From: Octopus sinensis
Lineage: Eukaryota
Assembly (NCBI RefSeq): GCF_006345805.1
Contig: NC_043005.1
Coordinates: 12,152,001-12,216,000 of the forward strand
Direction: 5' to 3'
Length of the DNA stretch: 64,000 nt
A model generated the notes under the pieces. That model did no database searches. It saw only the letters and a program-made list of their open reading frames with translations, and was not told where the DNA came from. The translations under genes and the position numbers were made by a program. This document shows positions 12,665 to 26,620 of this stretch, in pieces; positions within the stretch are counted from its first letter, which is position 1; each line of letters opens with the position of its first letter.

Positions 12665-13401
12665 TGTTTCTTTATTAGCCACACAGGGCTGCACACAGAT
12701 AGAACAAATTACAAGGTAGAGCTTTTCTTTGAAGGTATTAAAAAAAAAAAAAAAAAAAAAAAGGGAAGGGGGAGGTTCGATCAAAAGGGATCGTAAAAGG
12801 AGAGAAAGAGGACAAAAATAAGGGGGGTTAAAAAAAAAAAAAATTTTAAAAAATAAAAAAAAAAAAGGGGGGGAGAGGAAAAAAAAATGATCAATAGGGA
12901 TCGTTATCACAGAAATGTCAATATGAAGTGTAAAGGGGAGGACAGGTGAGGTTTACCCGTGGAAAGAAAAGCCTGCGGAAAAGACCACGGTAACCTCTGT
13001 CAATGAAGTCACATTTTATATTTCTTTTTTTTTTTTTTTTTTTTTTGCAAATAAGCAACTCTCTGTTTTCGATTTCTGGGTTCATAGGACTATGCTCAAG
13101 GTGGCTTCGTCATTCATACGTGCCATTCTTGCTACATTCACCCATCTTTTTTTAAAACATTCGCTAGACAAAACTTGCCTCTCTACTCTCACTTTCCTTT
13201 TCAAGTGGTACTTGAAGAAGTTGATGAGAGATTGACCAGAGAGGAAAGTGTTTGTCTCCAATCCTTTCAGACGCGTCCACCAGATACATTCTTTCGCCAT
13301 AGCCACAAGGATGATGAAAATAGCTCTTCCTTCCCGTTTGAAGGAAGGAGGCGTGACAATATTGACGATAGACTCAGCTGATAAACCGACTCGTCCCACA
13401 C

Positions 13402-13454
<53 letters not shown>

Positions 13455-13865
13455 TCAGATGGATGGGAAGTGGGTGAGAGAGAGAAGGGATATCCACGTT
13501 CCTATTCAACATTCATTTATTTATTTATTTATTTTTTCCTTTTATCATTGTATTGAATGAGTTTAAGGATGGTGACCTCTTCAAAATAAAAATAAAAAAT
13601 ATAAAACAAAAATAAAAAAACAGGTGTGGTTTAGTCATCACTGAAAGTCTTTTTGCTTTCTTTCTATACTATTCTTTGTTTTTTCCTCCCTTTCTCCTGT
13701 CTTTTCCTCCTCTTTGAGTTATATTTAGAATATATCGTTTCCAAACATTCAGTTTTCGAGGGAATTTTTTGATAAAGTGTAGTTCCGCATGAAAATACAT
13801 TAGTATAATATTTGCAATTTAAGAGTTTGAAAAGTCAACCAGTAAATAAAATAAATCAAATACAT
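12372..13865 (+). repeat. Left arm of a long inverted repeat, interrupted by Tx1
   Basis: 12375-12600 and 13450-13865 align at roughly 80% by eye with the reverse complement of 15541-16500. Confidence 0.9.
12665..13401 (-). mobile_element. Tx1-clade (L1 group) LINE, 5'-truncated, inside (GATA)n
   Basis: ORF2 C-terminus ..LVAMAKECIWWTRLKG..LINFFKYHLKRKVRVER..FKKRWVNV resembles Tx1. The 3' UTR ends AATAAAGAAACA and runs into (TATC)n. GATA repeats flank both sides. Confidence 0.8.
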
Positions 13866-13935
13866 ATATATAAAGATATATATGCGTATGTGTGTGTATA
13901 CACACACACATATACATACATACATATATATATAT

Positions 13936-14910
13936 GGGGGTGTAGGTTGGTGAAGTACCTCCGTCTTCTTGAGGCTCACCTCCAGGCCAAAGAGCCACGA
14001 GGCATTTGCAAAGCACGACGTAATGCGCTTCAGAGCCCGCTCTGTGTGGGCGACAAAGACAGCGTCCTCTGCAGAGAGAAGGTCTCGGATCAGCCTCTCC
14101 TGAATCTTGGTGTGGGGTTGGAAGTGCCGTAGATTGAAGAGACTGCCATCCAGACGATACCTAACATACACCTCATCCTCATCCTCCATATCTTCAATTG
14201 CATGCTTGATCATTATGCTGAAGAAGATGCTGAAGAGAGTCGGTGCCAGGATACAACCCTGCTTCACGCCGTTGGAGATGGAAAATGGCTCCGACAGGTC
14301 AGCATTGAGTCTGATCTGACCACGCTGATTCTCGTGCAGCTGGATCACCATTTGTAGAAACTTGGTGGGACAGCAAAATCGTTCCAGGATGAGCCACAGT
14401 CCTGTCTTGCTCACTGTGTCAAATGCTTTTGTGAGGTCTACAAAAGTAGCATAGAGTCCCCTGTTTTGTTCTTGGCACTTCTCCTAGAGTTGGCGGAGGA
14501 CGAACACCATATCCGTAGTACCTCTATTGGCTCTGAAGCCACACTGGCTCTCGGGGAGGTTTTCTTCAGCGATGGTTGGTACTAGCCTATTGAGCGGGAT
14601 CCTGGCAAGTACTTTGCCGGCGATGGAGAGTTGGGTGATTCCTCAGTAGTTGGAGCAATCAGACTTTTCACCCTTGTTCTTGTACAGGGTGATGATGGTG
14701 GTGTCGCGAAGTTCTTGTGGCAGCTTGCTCTGCTCCCAGCAGCAGACAAGAAAATCATGGAGCTTGTCATGGAGCATCGGACCTCCATTCTTCTAGATTT
14801 ATGGTGGGATGCCGTCAACTCCTGCTGCTTTGCGACTCTTGAGTTGTCCTATGGCTTCAATCGTATCTTCGAGGATAGGTGGTTCGTTGAGGAATGCGAA
14901 GGATGGTATT
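13936..14910 (-). mobile_element. RTE-clade LINE RT region, inverted 5' segment (pseudogenised)
   Basis: KAAGVDGIPP..KGEKSDCSNY*GI..ESQCGFRANRGTTDM..FVDLTKAFDTV..GVKQGCILAPTLF..SAEDA..KKTEVLHQPTP, with in-frame stops. Confidence 0.95.
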
Positions 14911-15540
14911 CGAAGAGGAATACCGCCCACCCCACATCACAATCTGCGGTACCGAACTGAAATCAACTCAGCAGTTTATATACCTGGGCTGCATCATCTC
15001 ATTCGATGCAAGGATCGACAAAGAAATTGAAAATAAACTCTCTAAGGTATATATGTCCTTTGGTAGATTTTACAAACGTGTTTGGCACAATAATAACCTG
15101 AAGATCAAAACAAAGATCAGTGTCTACAGGGCCGTGGTTCTCACCACTCTTCTCTACGGCTCAGAGACCTGGATCACTTACCGCAGTCACATCCGTCTCT
15201 TCGTGCGCTTCCACCAGCGATGCCTCCGCACCATCCTCAACATTCACTGAAGTGACTTCGTCACAAACATTGGGGTCTTGGAGCGGGCCGAGATCCCCAA
15301 CATTGAAGTCATGCTACTGAAGCACCACCTCCGATGGGCAGGGCATATCTCCAGAATGGAGAACCATCGCCTTCCAAAGATTGCCCGGTTTGGCGAACTA
15401 TCCACCGGTCACCAAGTGAGAGGAGCTCCGAGGAAGCGCTAGAAAGACTGCCTCAAGAAGTCTCTAACAGCATGTCAAATTAACCACCAATGCTGGTCAG
15501 ACCTGGCTGCGGGCCGTGATGTCTGGTGCCACACGATCTT
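14911..15540 (+). mobile_element. RTE-clade LINE, forward 3' segment, tail missing
   Basis: EEYRPPHITI..FIYLGCIIS..LLYGSETW..FHQRCLRTILNIH*..LRWAGHISRM..RLPK..WSDLAAGRDVWCHTI. Ends before the RTE C-terminus and tail. Confidence 0.95.
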
Positions 15541-16020
15541 ATTTCTTTTATTTTATTTGTTTAAAATTATTTACTGATTGGTTTTTCAAATTGTTCATTT
15601 TCAAAAGCTATACACTAATGTATTTTCATGCAGAATTAAACTTTTTCAAAAACTTCCCTCCAAAAATGAATATTTGGAAGGGACGTATTCTAAATATAAC
15701 TCAAAAAGGAGAAAAAGAAGGAAGGGAGAGAAAAAGGTGGAAAAATGAAAAAGGATAGAAAAAAAGCAAAAAGATTTTCAGTGGTAACGAAACCACACTT
15801 GCTTTTAAATTTTTATTTTTACTTATTTTTTTCTTGAAGAGGTGACCATCCTTAAACTAATTCCAGTACAATGGTAAAAGGAAAAAATAAATAAATAAAT
15901 AAATGCTAAATAGGAAGGTGAATACCCCTTCTCTCTCCCTTAACCTCTATCCATCAGTGTAAATGTCTGAGTATCTATTTATCTATCAATCAGTCAATGT
16001 ATGTATGTATGTATGTATCC

Positions 16021-16085
<65 letters not shown>

Positions 16086-16150
16086 CCTACCTACCTACCT
16101 ACCTACCTACCTACCTACCTATTTATCTATCTACCCATCTCTCTACCTAC

Positions 16151-16226
<76 letters not shown>

Positions 16227-16500
16227 TTATCAGACTATCTATCAGTCTATCTACCTACCTATATTTCTATCTATCCATCTCTATTGTCTTAGAACCTCAC
16301 CCCAAAAAACAAAAGCAACGTTCTTTTTTAAACGACACCCCCACCCCCACCCCAAAAGACCTGCTTTATATAAATAAACAAGCTGTTTGTACGTTCAAAA
16401 AATGTATTTGACAATTTCTAGAGAGGAACGAAAGCGGTAATAATAATGAAGAAATCAAAGGATTTTTTTCCAAAATTCTGACGACTTTTTTCTCAATATT
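15541..16500 (-). repeat. Right arm of the long inverted repeat
   Basis: Reverse-complement match to the left arm, including the (TATC)n tract at the equivalent position. Confidence 0.9.
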
Positions 16501-16575
16501 CAATTCTGTACATCATATCTAATACTATACGTACATAAATAAACACACCCAAAGAAAACACACACACTCGCGTAC

Positions 16576-16695
<120 letters not shown>

Positions 16696-17161
16696 ATATA
16701 TTCGGGTAAAACTCCCCCTGTCTAATGGACGCTGCTGAGTTCCAATTTGAACCAAATTTTCTCAAGCAACATATTCGACGGTCTCATAGGATTCCCCTTT
16801 GAGAAACACTGATTTAACCTAAATTTGCGACGCCAGCAAAAGAAGAAATAAAGATAGACTTTTTTCTATTCCAAAGAAAAACGATTTTATTCACACAAAA
16901 ATGCAACCGAAGAGTTTAAAATACCAGTAATGATGAGGCTGTTGACTGTGAGAACACAATCATGGTTTAAACTGTAAGCTTGGCAGAAAAGGAACGAGCC
17001 TTTAAGCAGAACAAAAGCAACAAAAATGGAAGGTGCAGTTATGCATTTTCACCTGGAATCGATTTTTGTAATATTTTCAAGACTTATTCACGCCCTGATA
17101 CCGTCGGTATCTACATATCTAATTTGAGCACAATCGGATAGAGGATGCCACAGAAAGATTT

Positions 17162-17274
<113 letters not shown>

Positions 17275-18261
17275 TATGTTTAAGTAGTTGAATGAAGATA
17301 GACGTACGTCATGATTTGTTCGTCATGATGCTGACATAAGTTCCTTGTCTTTCCTGATGAGAAGACGGCATAATGCACCCTTTATTCCTTCGGAATTAAG
17401 AATATGCAGTCTTCGAAACATATGTCGAGAATAAAGGAATTTTGTTAAATCGTCGTTCGACTCCATTCTTTCATTTATATATATATATTTACTAAAATGT
17501 AAATATTTGTGCAACAAACTCATCTTACCTATTAAATGTATAAATGTTTATTAAATGAACATTACATTTTTTATTTTCCTTATTATTTTTGTTATTACTA
17601 TTATGATCATATTTGTTTTAATTGTTAATGGTATGTTTGATTTCTTTGTTTGTTTTGCATAGTCGTTACATTCTTAATAATGTGGGTATGACTTCGATTA
17701 CATTGCCTGTAGCTTGTACGAGAGACTCGCAATTACTTCTTTAATAAATCAAAACAAAACATCATATTTATAAGCTGATAGTTATTTTCTTAATAAACCC
17801 ATGCCTATCTTCACATCTGTATAATACCACAGCTAATAAAATGACAAATGCAATAGCATTACTTGCGTTCCTTAGCTACAGAAGCGATGGAAGGTATGTC
17901 ATATTGAAATAGTGTTTGAGCAAGACATTACAAACGAAACTCAGTATCGTAAAGTATTTAGCACAACGCATTAACAGATCAGCTCTATCTACCACCTTCT
18001 CTTATACATTGCACGTTGTGGTTAAGTAGAGTTCCTCATGCGTTAGAAATTGCTTCAAACATGAGGAAATCTGACGTAATATCCGTTAAGAACAATAACT
18101 TGTAATGTTACAAAATTTGGAAATTAGATTTTGCGATACTTATGCTACCTCAAATGCTTTATGATTTGGGAATAATGTAGGAAACTGGATTCAGCAAGAC
18201 ATTAAACTATACACATTCATCTTTGAGTCGAAACACTCTAACTAATCATTCTTATAAACTA

Positions 18262-18658
18262 CTAGCAGTATCGTCCGGCGTTGCTCGGGTTTATAAGGGA
18301 AATAACTATATAAGCATTTTTAGAGAGTTATAGCCAAAAAATAGCCAAAATATGCATTAAAAATGGAAAACAAATGATGGTAAATTTTTTTTAAATCGTT
18401 GACTCATCGTAGACATTTTTAGAGAGTTATTTCCCTTATATAATAGCGAAAAAATGCATTAAAATGGAAAAAAATTATGGTAAATTTTTTTTAAAATTGT
18501 AGACTCATCGTAGACGCGCGCTAATACCCAGAAGGGCTCGATATGAATCACGACTATAAGATACCCAGTTTTTGTTAAACTGCACCGCAAAATGAGGGAG
18601 TAGTTAGGAATCTAAATCGTAGGAGACAGACACACAACCTTACTTTTATATATAAAGA
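18262..18658 (-). mobile_element. Non-autonomous Helitron
   Basis: Minus strand A|TCTTTATATATAAAAG...CCCGAGCAACGCCGGACGATACTGCTAG|T: 5' TC, 3' CTAG, subterminal GC hairpin, A|T target. Contains an internal tandem duplication of about 100 bp. Confidence 0.85.
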
Positions 18659-19156
18659 TTAGTTTATTTATACGCAAGCGCACAGTTTGTAAAAGGGAGA
18701 AGTAAAGGAGCGTGACTCGTGCAAATTATGTGATTTGACAAAAATTATAATAATCACATAGATCAAAATGTACATGGAGCTAGTGGATGTGACGTGTAAG
18801 TTTTTGCACTGGATTTAACTCAGTCCCATGCATTAAACTGAAATGGTGACATATTATGCAATTAACCTTCAGTGGTTGTAAAAAGAAGTCTTAACACTGA
18901 GTCACGTGATGGTCTCCCCATTATTGTACTACCAATGTTTTGGAGAGAAAATAAAAATATGCCACTCATTTATTTCACACCAAAGGACACTCAAGCACAT
19001 AATTCCTGTTCCAAATTGGTGTACACACGAAATGTGTTGTAGGTGGTCCTTCGTTACCTCTTGCACAGTGTTGTTGGCAGGCGGTGCATTTTAATTTAAG
19101 GCGATGCATTTTAAAATATCCTTGATGTTCTTCAAACGTTAATCAATAATGTGTGT

Positions 19157-19211
<55 letters not shown>

Positions 19212-20411
19212 CAGATAGATAGATAGATAGACACAGATGTTTGTGTGTACATGTGCATTCTAAAAGAAATAGATTTCTTAGTATAACTATTACAACACTA
19301 AGTATTCTATAAAAAGACACCAGTTCTTGAGCCAGTGTATGCAGTAATTTCAGTTACCTGTATGTTTAGTACTAATGAGTGGACTTTGCTATAAATTATG
19401 TGTATTATTATTATTAATATAACAGCATTAAACATTCGAACGATTGTAATATTTACATAGTTGCGTTGCACCATATAAAGGAATATACCTAGATAAACAC
19501 ATAAAAATACAATGAGGGCAACTCCCACAAACAAAAGCCTCTGATAGCACCGATGTTCCTGATCATGGAGAGAGTTTGCATCTCTGTTTGTGATGCATCC
19601 TGCAAATAGGTGTGAGCAGTATATTCGTCTTATCTGTCTCTCACTCAAGTAATTATCACTTCTATTTGATGTCTTGACTCAGTCGATAAATTACACATCA
19701 TTTCAGATATAGTCTAAAGTGTCTTCCAGCTTGTTTCGAAAGCACGTGAAAGCTCGTCTCACACTTTCTTTCTTTTGTTCTTTCTTTCTATCTTTCTTTC
19801 TTCTTTTTTCTCTTATCTTTTATTTATTCAATTTTTATTTGAAGAGAAAAACGCGAGAAATGGCTTCATTTACTTCTTTGCTTTCTTCGTTCAGATCCTC
19901 AAGCGAGAAAGCATTGTCTTCTAAATAACAATTCTCTTACATTTGTTCTTTAACTGGAACTGACTGGCATGTTATGTTAGCAGCACTCTTGTTTGCAATT
20001 AATATTATTAGAACTAACACTAACCATTACAGCAGTGTTTGCTAGAATATAAATAACTCTGTTGGCAACCGCTTATACTGCTTCATCTCTAATTACTTTT
20101 GTTCTTTTTTTTTCTATTTGTCTTTTTCGGTGGATCTCTTTAAAATAATTTCACTACATTTTCATACATTTTAAGGGCGTATACTTACTCGCACGTTTGT
20201 GATTAGCATTTCTTTCCGATACTCCAGGGTAACCCATGAAAAATTTTGCGTATCTATTGCCAGTCAAATATAGTAAAGAATTAAGTAGTTGCAGAAATGT
20301 GTAGCAAATTAACTATTTCTCATCTACTGAACTGTGAGAAATCAAGTTCAACGGTGCTGCACACGGCCGTTTATCGCAAATAAAAAACCCAGCAATAGTA
20401 ATAGCAATAAC

Positions 20412-20470
<59 letters not shown>

Positions 20471-20520
20471 CGATGATGATGATAATAATAATAATAATGA
20501 GGAGGAGGATAATAATAATA

Positions 20521-20558
<38 letters not shown>

Positions 20559-21627
20559 AAGAAGATATATTACAAATTTGACAGAAACTTAGACCTCAGA
20601 TTCTGGTCACCCGTCCCTACAATATTAATCCATTTTCAATTAACACCGATGGAATGCATCTGGAGGACTGAAATTATTTGTATTATTTCCTTGCTTCCAT
20701 AACCGGACTGTTTCTTCCTTATATATAGAAGATTATCAATGTAATTCAAGAATAGGTTATGAAATTCTAGCGCTTAAACTTCTAAAATGGAGTTGGCTAA
20801 AAACATATTCTGTATATGACTATGTCACAGTAAACTTTATTTGTCTGTCCCCAATACAAGCCAAATCATATTTACATAGTGAACTACCTTCGAAAGCATG
20901 GATTAAGATTATATTTATCTCGGTCAGATATTTCTATATAACTGATAAACCTTCATGGTACCTGTATCACGCATGGAATAACATACCAACCGTGATTTAC
21001 CCGGTTTGGTTCTATCATAATGAGCTCAGCTCTGTAGAGAGTCACATGAATATTGACTTTGCAAGACTCTGATATCGAAATTCTTGTCCGCATTATGATT
21101 AATATTTCTACATCATTTCCGTTAGCACTCACGTAGGAAAATTACATATATATTGCTTGGAAATTTGGCACACGCATACACATCTGCGTGTGTATGCATG
21201 TGTGTGCTTGTGTGTGCAGGTGTATACGTGTGTGTGCGCTCGTGTCTATGTATATGTACGTAGGTATATACATATATATGAATGTATGCATATATGCATG
21301 TATGCATGTATACACACTCATTATATTGTATATATATACGTATACGTATACATTTATACACATATATTTCTGTGTTTGTGTGTGTGCGCGCGTGTGTGTG
21401 TATTTGTACATATGAGTGTAGAATGTAAAATATTTTTTATATATGAATGCTTAAATGTTTCTACATCTGTTATAGTAATACATTTTTCGGTTGTTTGTGT
21501 ATGCGCAAATGGGAATATATAATTCTGTATGTGTGTGCCTAATGGTCATGTTTTATAAAAGATGATAATCTATACGTATATATATATATATATACATATA
21601 TATATGTATGTATGTATGTATATATGC

Positions 21628-21697
<70 letters not shown>

Positions 21698-23865
21698 TAT
21701 GTTCTTGATTTTTTTATTCTGCTTCTTCCCATCTTTTCCTCTGCTTGTGTGTTTGCGTTTGTGTATGAATATGCGTATCTATCTATATTTCGTTTGCGTA
21801 TATACATGCTGCTTATGAGAACCATGTCGGTAAGAGTGGCAAGCTAAACTCATTCATCCATACTTCTCACTGTTACAGTGAACAATGGAAGCTGAAAAAT
21901 TATATATAGTCGGACTGAATACGGTGAGGTCGACTGCCTCTTTTGTTATCAAAGAGAACAATAAACAGACTGAAATCAAAACGAGAAAGAAATACTTTAA
22001 ATCTACTAAATACGAAAATATAAAATGCAGACTATAAAGAAAAAAAAATAAAAGAACGATAGAATGAGGGGAAAAAATCTCCAGACAGAAGCCATTTCAC
22101 GAATTCATTTATTTTCTATAGAATATCGGCTTATGCAAATATATGATTTTTCTTCGTCTCAGGTCTACCATTCAATTAATTAGAAGAATTTCTGGTTTTG
22201 GACAATTAACTCAGTCTCTTTGATACTGGTTTTATAAATGAAATAGTACTCTCTGTAGGAAAAAATTCTGACGTCGATAAACCAAAACAAAAATGTTTAA
22301 TAAAACAACATCTCAAGTAACCATATTAATTGTAGTAAAACTAGGAATAGTATGTTTATTTTACTGTAATTTTTTTTAACAATTATTGCTAACTTTTCGT
22401 TATTTTATTTAGAAACATCATTGTTCGGTGGTATTTCTTTCCGGAAATTAAAGGCACATCCAGCTGATACGAGAAAATTAATTAATAAAAAATTTCCTTC
22501 AATTATTGGGCACTTAAATTAACCAACTCAGTTGTAGACGGCTTCTTGTTAAAATTACAATCGAACATAAGAACATTTTGAGAATAACATTGTACTAACA
22601 TTGTATGGTATCTATTGGCAAGTAGAAATGCTGCGCTATTAGTATTACATGTATCTTTGATAAACCTAAATAACAGCAGAAATACTTAGTCACAACCTCA
22701 GTCTATTTAGATCAATAGGTGAAGCAACCGTATAAAGTCGAATCTTGATTACTGCTAATAATCAATGTGTAAGTTGAGAGGGTATACAGATTGGCCATAA
22801 CTGAATAAAATTTATGCAGTTTTATGGACACTCTGCTGGAGATATATAGTTATAACCACAAGTATTGAAGCATGACTATGGTTAAAATCAATATGGTTTT
22901 TATATTTCCATATCTTCAATTCAGTTAATATCTATTCATTGTAGCACCTACTTCGTATAATGGCTGAACGGTTAATGTTTATACCTCGTGTGACACTTAC
23001 ATGCAGTTTATAAATGACTAATACACATAATAATTAAAATATACTATTGGCAGGAATATTTCATATTTGAATTCAAATTTCAGCTTTAGCTGACGTCACA
23101 TAACGGTTAATCATATTCTTCAAAATTCCAGGAATATGGAGCAAGTGCTCAATAAATATATAGTTGTTATAAACTATGTTATATAAACCAGCTATATGGA
23201 TTAATAGATGATAAATGAATGACGGGAAGTATATTTTAATTTATTTTTCTAAATGCAGTTATGCAATAACGTTAAAGTGAGGGAAGCTAGATTAGAACTT
23301 GAAAACAAATATAGTTATGATATCATCGTTATTGTCATGCTTAACAACGATAGATAATTCTAGATATAAGGAAGCATTCTTTAATATTCAGATGCTAATA
23401 GAATTCTATAAAAGGCTTCAATTCCGATATAATGAAGTTAATTTCATATTTACTATTTATACGTGTTGCTCGGGCATCATTTATTGTAAGGGAAATAATC
23501 ACTTCCGAAATATCAGCGAGTTTACATGCCTGAAATTTAAATTGAATAGTAAAGAAGAAGATGCATCGAATATACATAGCTATTTCATTCGACTCATTGC
23601 GAAAATCTTGTTCTTTATGTATTTGCCTTTATGCTTACATAGAATTTTAGAATTGCTTATGTAGATTACAAAAGAAAATAGATTCAGCAACTGCATAGCA
23701 ATACTCCAGTTTAAATCAAACCCCGACCAATATTTTCATTGAAATATAATTCTACTTTCCTCAGTTTCCAAATTCATATCTTGCTTACATCATCCGAACC
23801 ACCGAAAGTAGAGTTTTTTGTTAAATATTCATGTCAGTGTAAATATAACTTTATATGATATATAT

Positions 23866-24093
23866 ATATGCAATATTAGAGAAAAACCACCTTTTATCAA
23901 TTCAAAATGAATAATTAAAATACACCATCTAGAAAACTCCATATAATAGAAAAGTTAAAATCAAAATAACAATTAAAAAGTAAAGATTAAGCATATTACA
24001 ATATATATTATATTGTGTGGAATTTGATTTAGTATTTCTAAATTGAAATCTATTTCCTTGTAAGTTTGGATTTTATTTCCTCAAGTAATAATT

Positions 24094-24105
<12 letters not shown>
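23866..24105 (-). repeat. Fragment related to the element at 2872-3270
   Basis: Shares ATTAGAGA.AAA.CCAC and TTTCC.TGTAAGTTTGGATTT.ATT.CC. Confidence 0.5.
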
Positions 24106-24121
<16 letters not shown>

Positions 24122-24124
<3 letters not shown>

Positions 24125-24470
24125 CCTTAAACCCTTAAAAATGTTTCAGCCCGTGGGCTGGGGCTCTGCTAGGGCAACACCGTTGAATGAGCTACGCTAG
24201 TATGTGAAACCACCACTGTGATACGTGGCACGTGATCAACAACGGAGTTCGATGCCGCTATCCTCATCTGTGTTTCCTGCCGAAAGGTAGGTTCATCTGG
24301 GACCCCTGACAAGAAGAGATCCAGTTTAATTTTAGAGAAACCCACATCCACACCATGCAGGTCTCCTAGGCATTTAGGAATGATATTGAATAGCTGTGGT
24401 CCTCTGAAACCCAAGCTGTTGCAGTATCTGGTCCTGTATTTTGATGGTGATGTTGGGATCTTTGGCATAA
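24122..24470 (-). mobile_element. CR1-group LINE 3' fragment, second subfamily
   Basis: RTRYCNSLGFRGPQLFNIIPKCLGDLHGVDVGFSKIKLDLFLSGVPDEPT, homologous to 3320-3731. Tail CAGCCCACGGGCTGAAAC. Confidence 0.85.
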
Positions 24471-24835
24471 TACATACGGGTATGTGTGGATGGGTGGGTG
24501 GGTGATTGTGTCGATGGGTGGATGTGCGTTAAGCTAATTGTACCGGAGATAAAAATATTTATTCCTGCAAAAGACGTAATGTGCTTTCTAGTCAAAATTC
24601 CAATATCGCAATACTTGAGAAATAGATTACATTTTTGAAAGAACAAAAGAAAAAACCCTTTAAAATATGTTTGCACCTAAAGAGTGTATCATTATATTTT
24701 ACCTTATAATATGGCGGTCTATTACGGAGAGATAAGTAATAAAATGCACACACAAGCGCGTGCACACAGTCGTGCGAACACACCCAAGCGCGCGCACACA
24801 CATAAGTGTACGCACACATATGCAAACACACATAA

Positions 24836-24900
<65 letters not shown>

Positions 24901-24973
24901 GCATATATACACATACATACATATATAGATATACATACATAAATATATACGTATGTGTATAAATATATATATA

Positions 24974-25015
<42 letters not shown>

Positions 25016-25098
25016 CATAAATATATATATATATATATATGTGTGTGTATATATATATACATACATATATATAAATACATATATATATACATACATAT

Positions 25099-25160
<62 letters not shown>

Positions 25161-25535
25161 CGTATATATATATATGTGTGTGTGTGTTTGTGTGATTCAG
25201 TGGACCGATGGAGATTCTGTAAAAGATTCATATCCGCATATTATATACAAAATTCGAGAGCTATGGTTGTGTGAATTTTAATTTTCCATTCACTAAAACC
25301 TTATTGCATGTACAATTTTCACGGTTTTCAAAACGAAATGTTTGTTTTGCAATCTCACGTTGGATTATTGTCGAAAGCATTATATGAATATCCATGTAAC
25401 TGATTGAAATACAATCCAATTAGAAATATCATTACTCCTATTGATTCAATGTAATTTTCCAATTTCTAAACAAGGAAATATCGTATACATCATAGTTAAG
25501 GAAACCCGTTGCATCTCATTAAAGTAAATTATATA

Positions 25536-25698
25536 GGCGCAGGCGTGGCTGTGTAGTACGTAGCTTGCTTACCAACTACATGGTTCTAGATTCAGTCCCA
25601 CTGCGTGGTACATTGGGCAAGTATATTCTACTATAGCATCTGGCCGACCAAAACATTGTGAGTGGATTTGGTAGGCGGAGATTGACAGAGGCCCGTCG

Positions 25699-25700
<2 letters not shown>
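25536..25700 (+). mobile_element. SINE family A, 5' half
   Basis: Head and TTGGGCAAGT core, stopping at the internal microsatellite. Confidence 0.9.
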
Positions 25701-25763
<63 letters not shown>

Positions 25764-25768
25764 TATAT

Positions 25769-25806
<38 letters not shown>

Positions 25807-26346
25807 GTGTGTGTGTGTGTGTGTATGTATATATATATAATTTTATTTGTTAGGGAATGAATATTCCGGCATAACAGGGGTTCAAATTATTCTCAATGAA
25901 GAAATATATATTTTCATTTAGAGATAGTAGGTCCCTTCATCTCACCATATAAAAGAGAATTTCTATTTTAGATACCTACTCCGTTATAACTTGGCTACAC
26001 GTAATTTAATTCAAATAAAAAATTCAAATAAAAAAATTACAAAAATAAAAATTACAAAAATAAAATAAGAAATAAAAATGCGAAAGAAATACGAAAAATA
26101 AAAAGTTACAAAAACTATGTCCTCACGTAACTTATATCTATAAATACAAAATTAGTAATAAATAGGGTTAAAATATATACTTGTGATAATATAAATTGAT
26201 ATAAAATGAAAGGAATGGCACCAGAAATATATACGAATAACAATAGAGGCAATGACGAATAAAAAATTTCGAATAAAAACTATAGTACTAATTACGAACT
26301 GCAAAATTTACAAATAATACGAAAGATAACTTTAAACATTTTTTTA

Positions 26347-26431
<85 letters not shown>

Positions 26432-26444
26432 TGTATGTATGTAT

Positions 26445-26620
26445 GTATATGTTTGTGTGTCTGTGTTTATCGCTTAACAACTGGTTCGGCAAGAGAGACC
26501 GATAGAATAAGTACTAGGCTTACAAAGACTAAGTCCTGGTGTCGATTCGATCGACTAAAGGCGATGCGCCAGTATGGCCACAGTCAAATGACTGAAACAA
26601 ATAAAATAATAAAAGAATAA
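26445..26620 (+). mobile_element. SINE family A, 3' half
   Basis: GGTTCGGCAAGAGAGACCGATAGAATAAGTACT..CAGTCAAATGACTGAAAC. Confidence 0.9.

Noticed and set aside
19307-19648. 113-aa ORF with a hydrophobic stretch and a donor-like site near 19348
   Set aside because: No recognisable family, partly low complexity, and no partner exon.
21879-21926. Possible first coding exon MEAEKLYIVGLNT with AG and GT signals
   Set aside because: Too short to tell from chance, and the next strong acceptor (about 22162) has stops in all frames.
23299-23664. 121-aa ORF in unique AT-rich DNA
   Set aside because: TTG start, composition typical of random AT-rich translation, and no motif.
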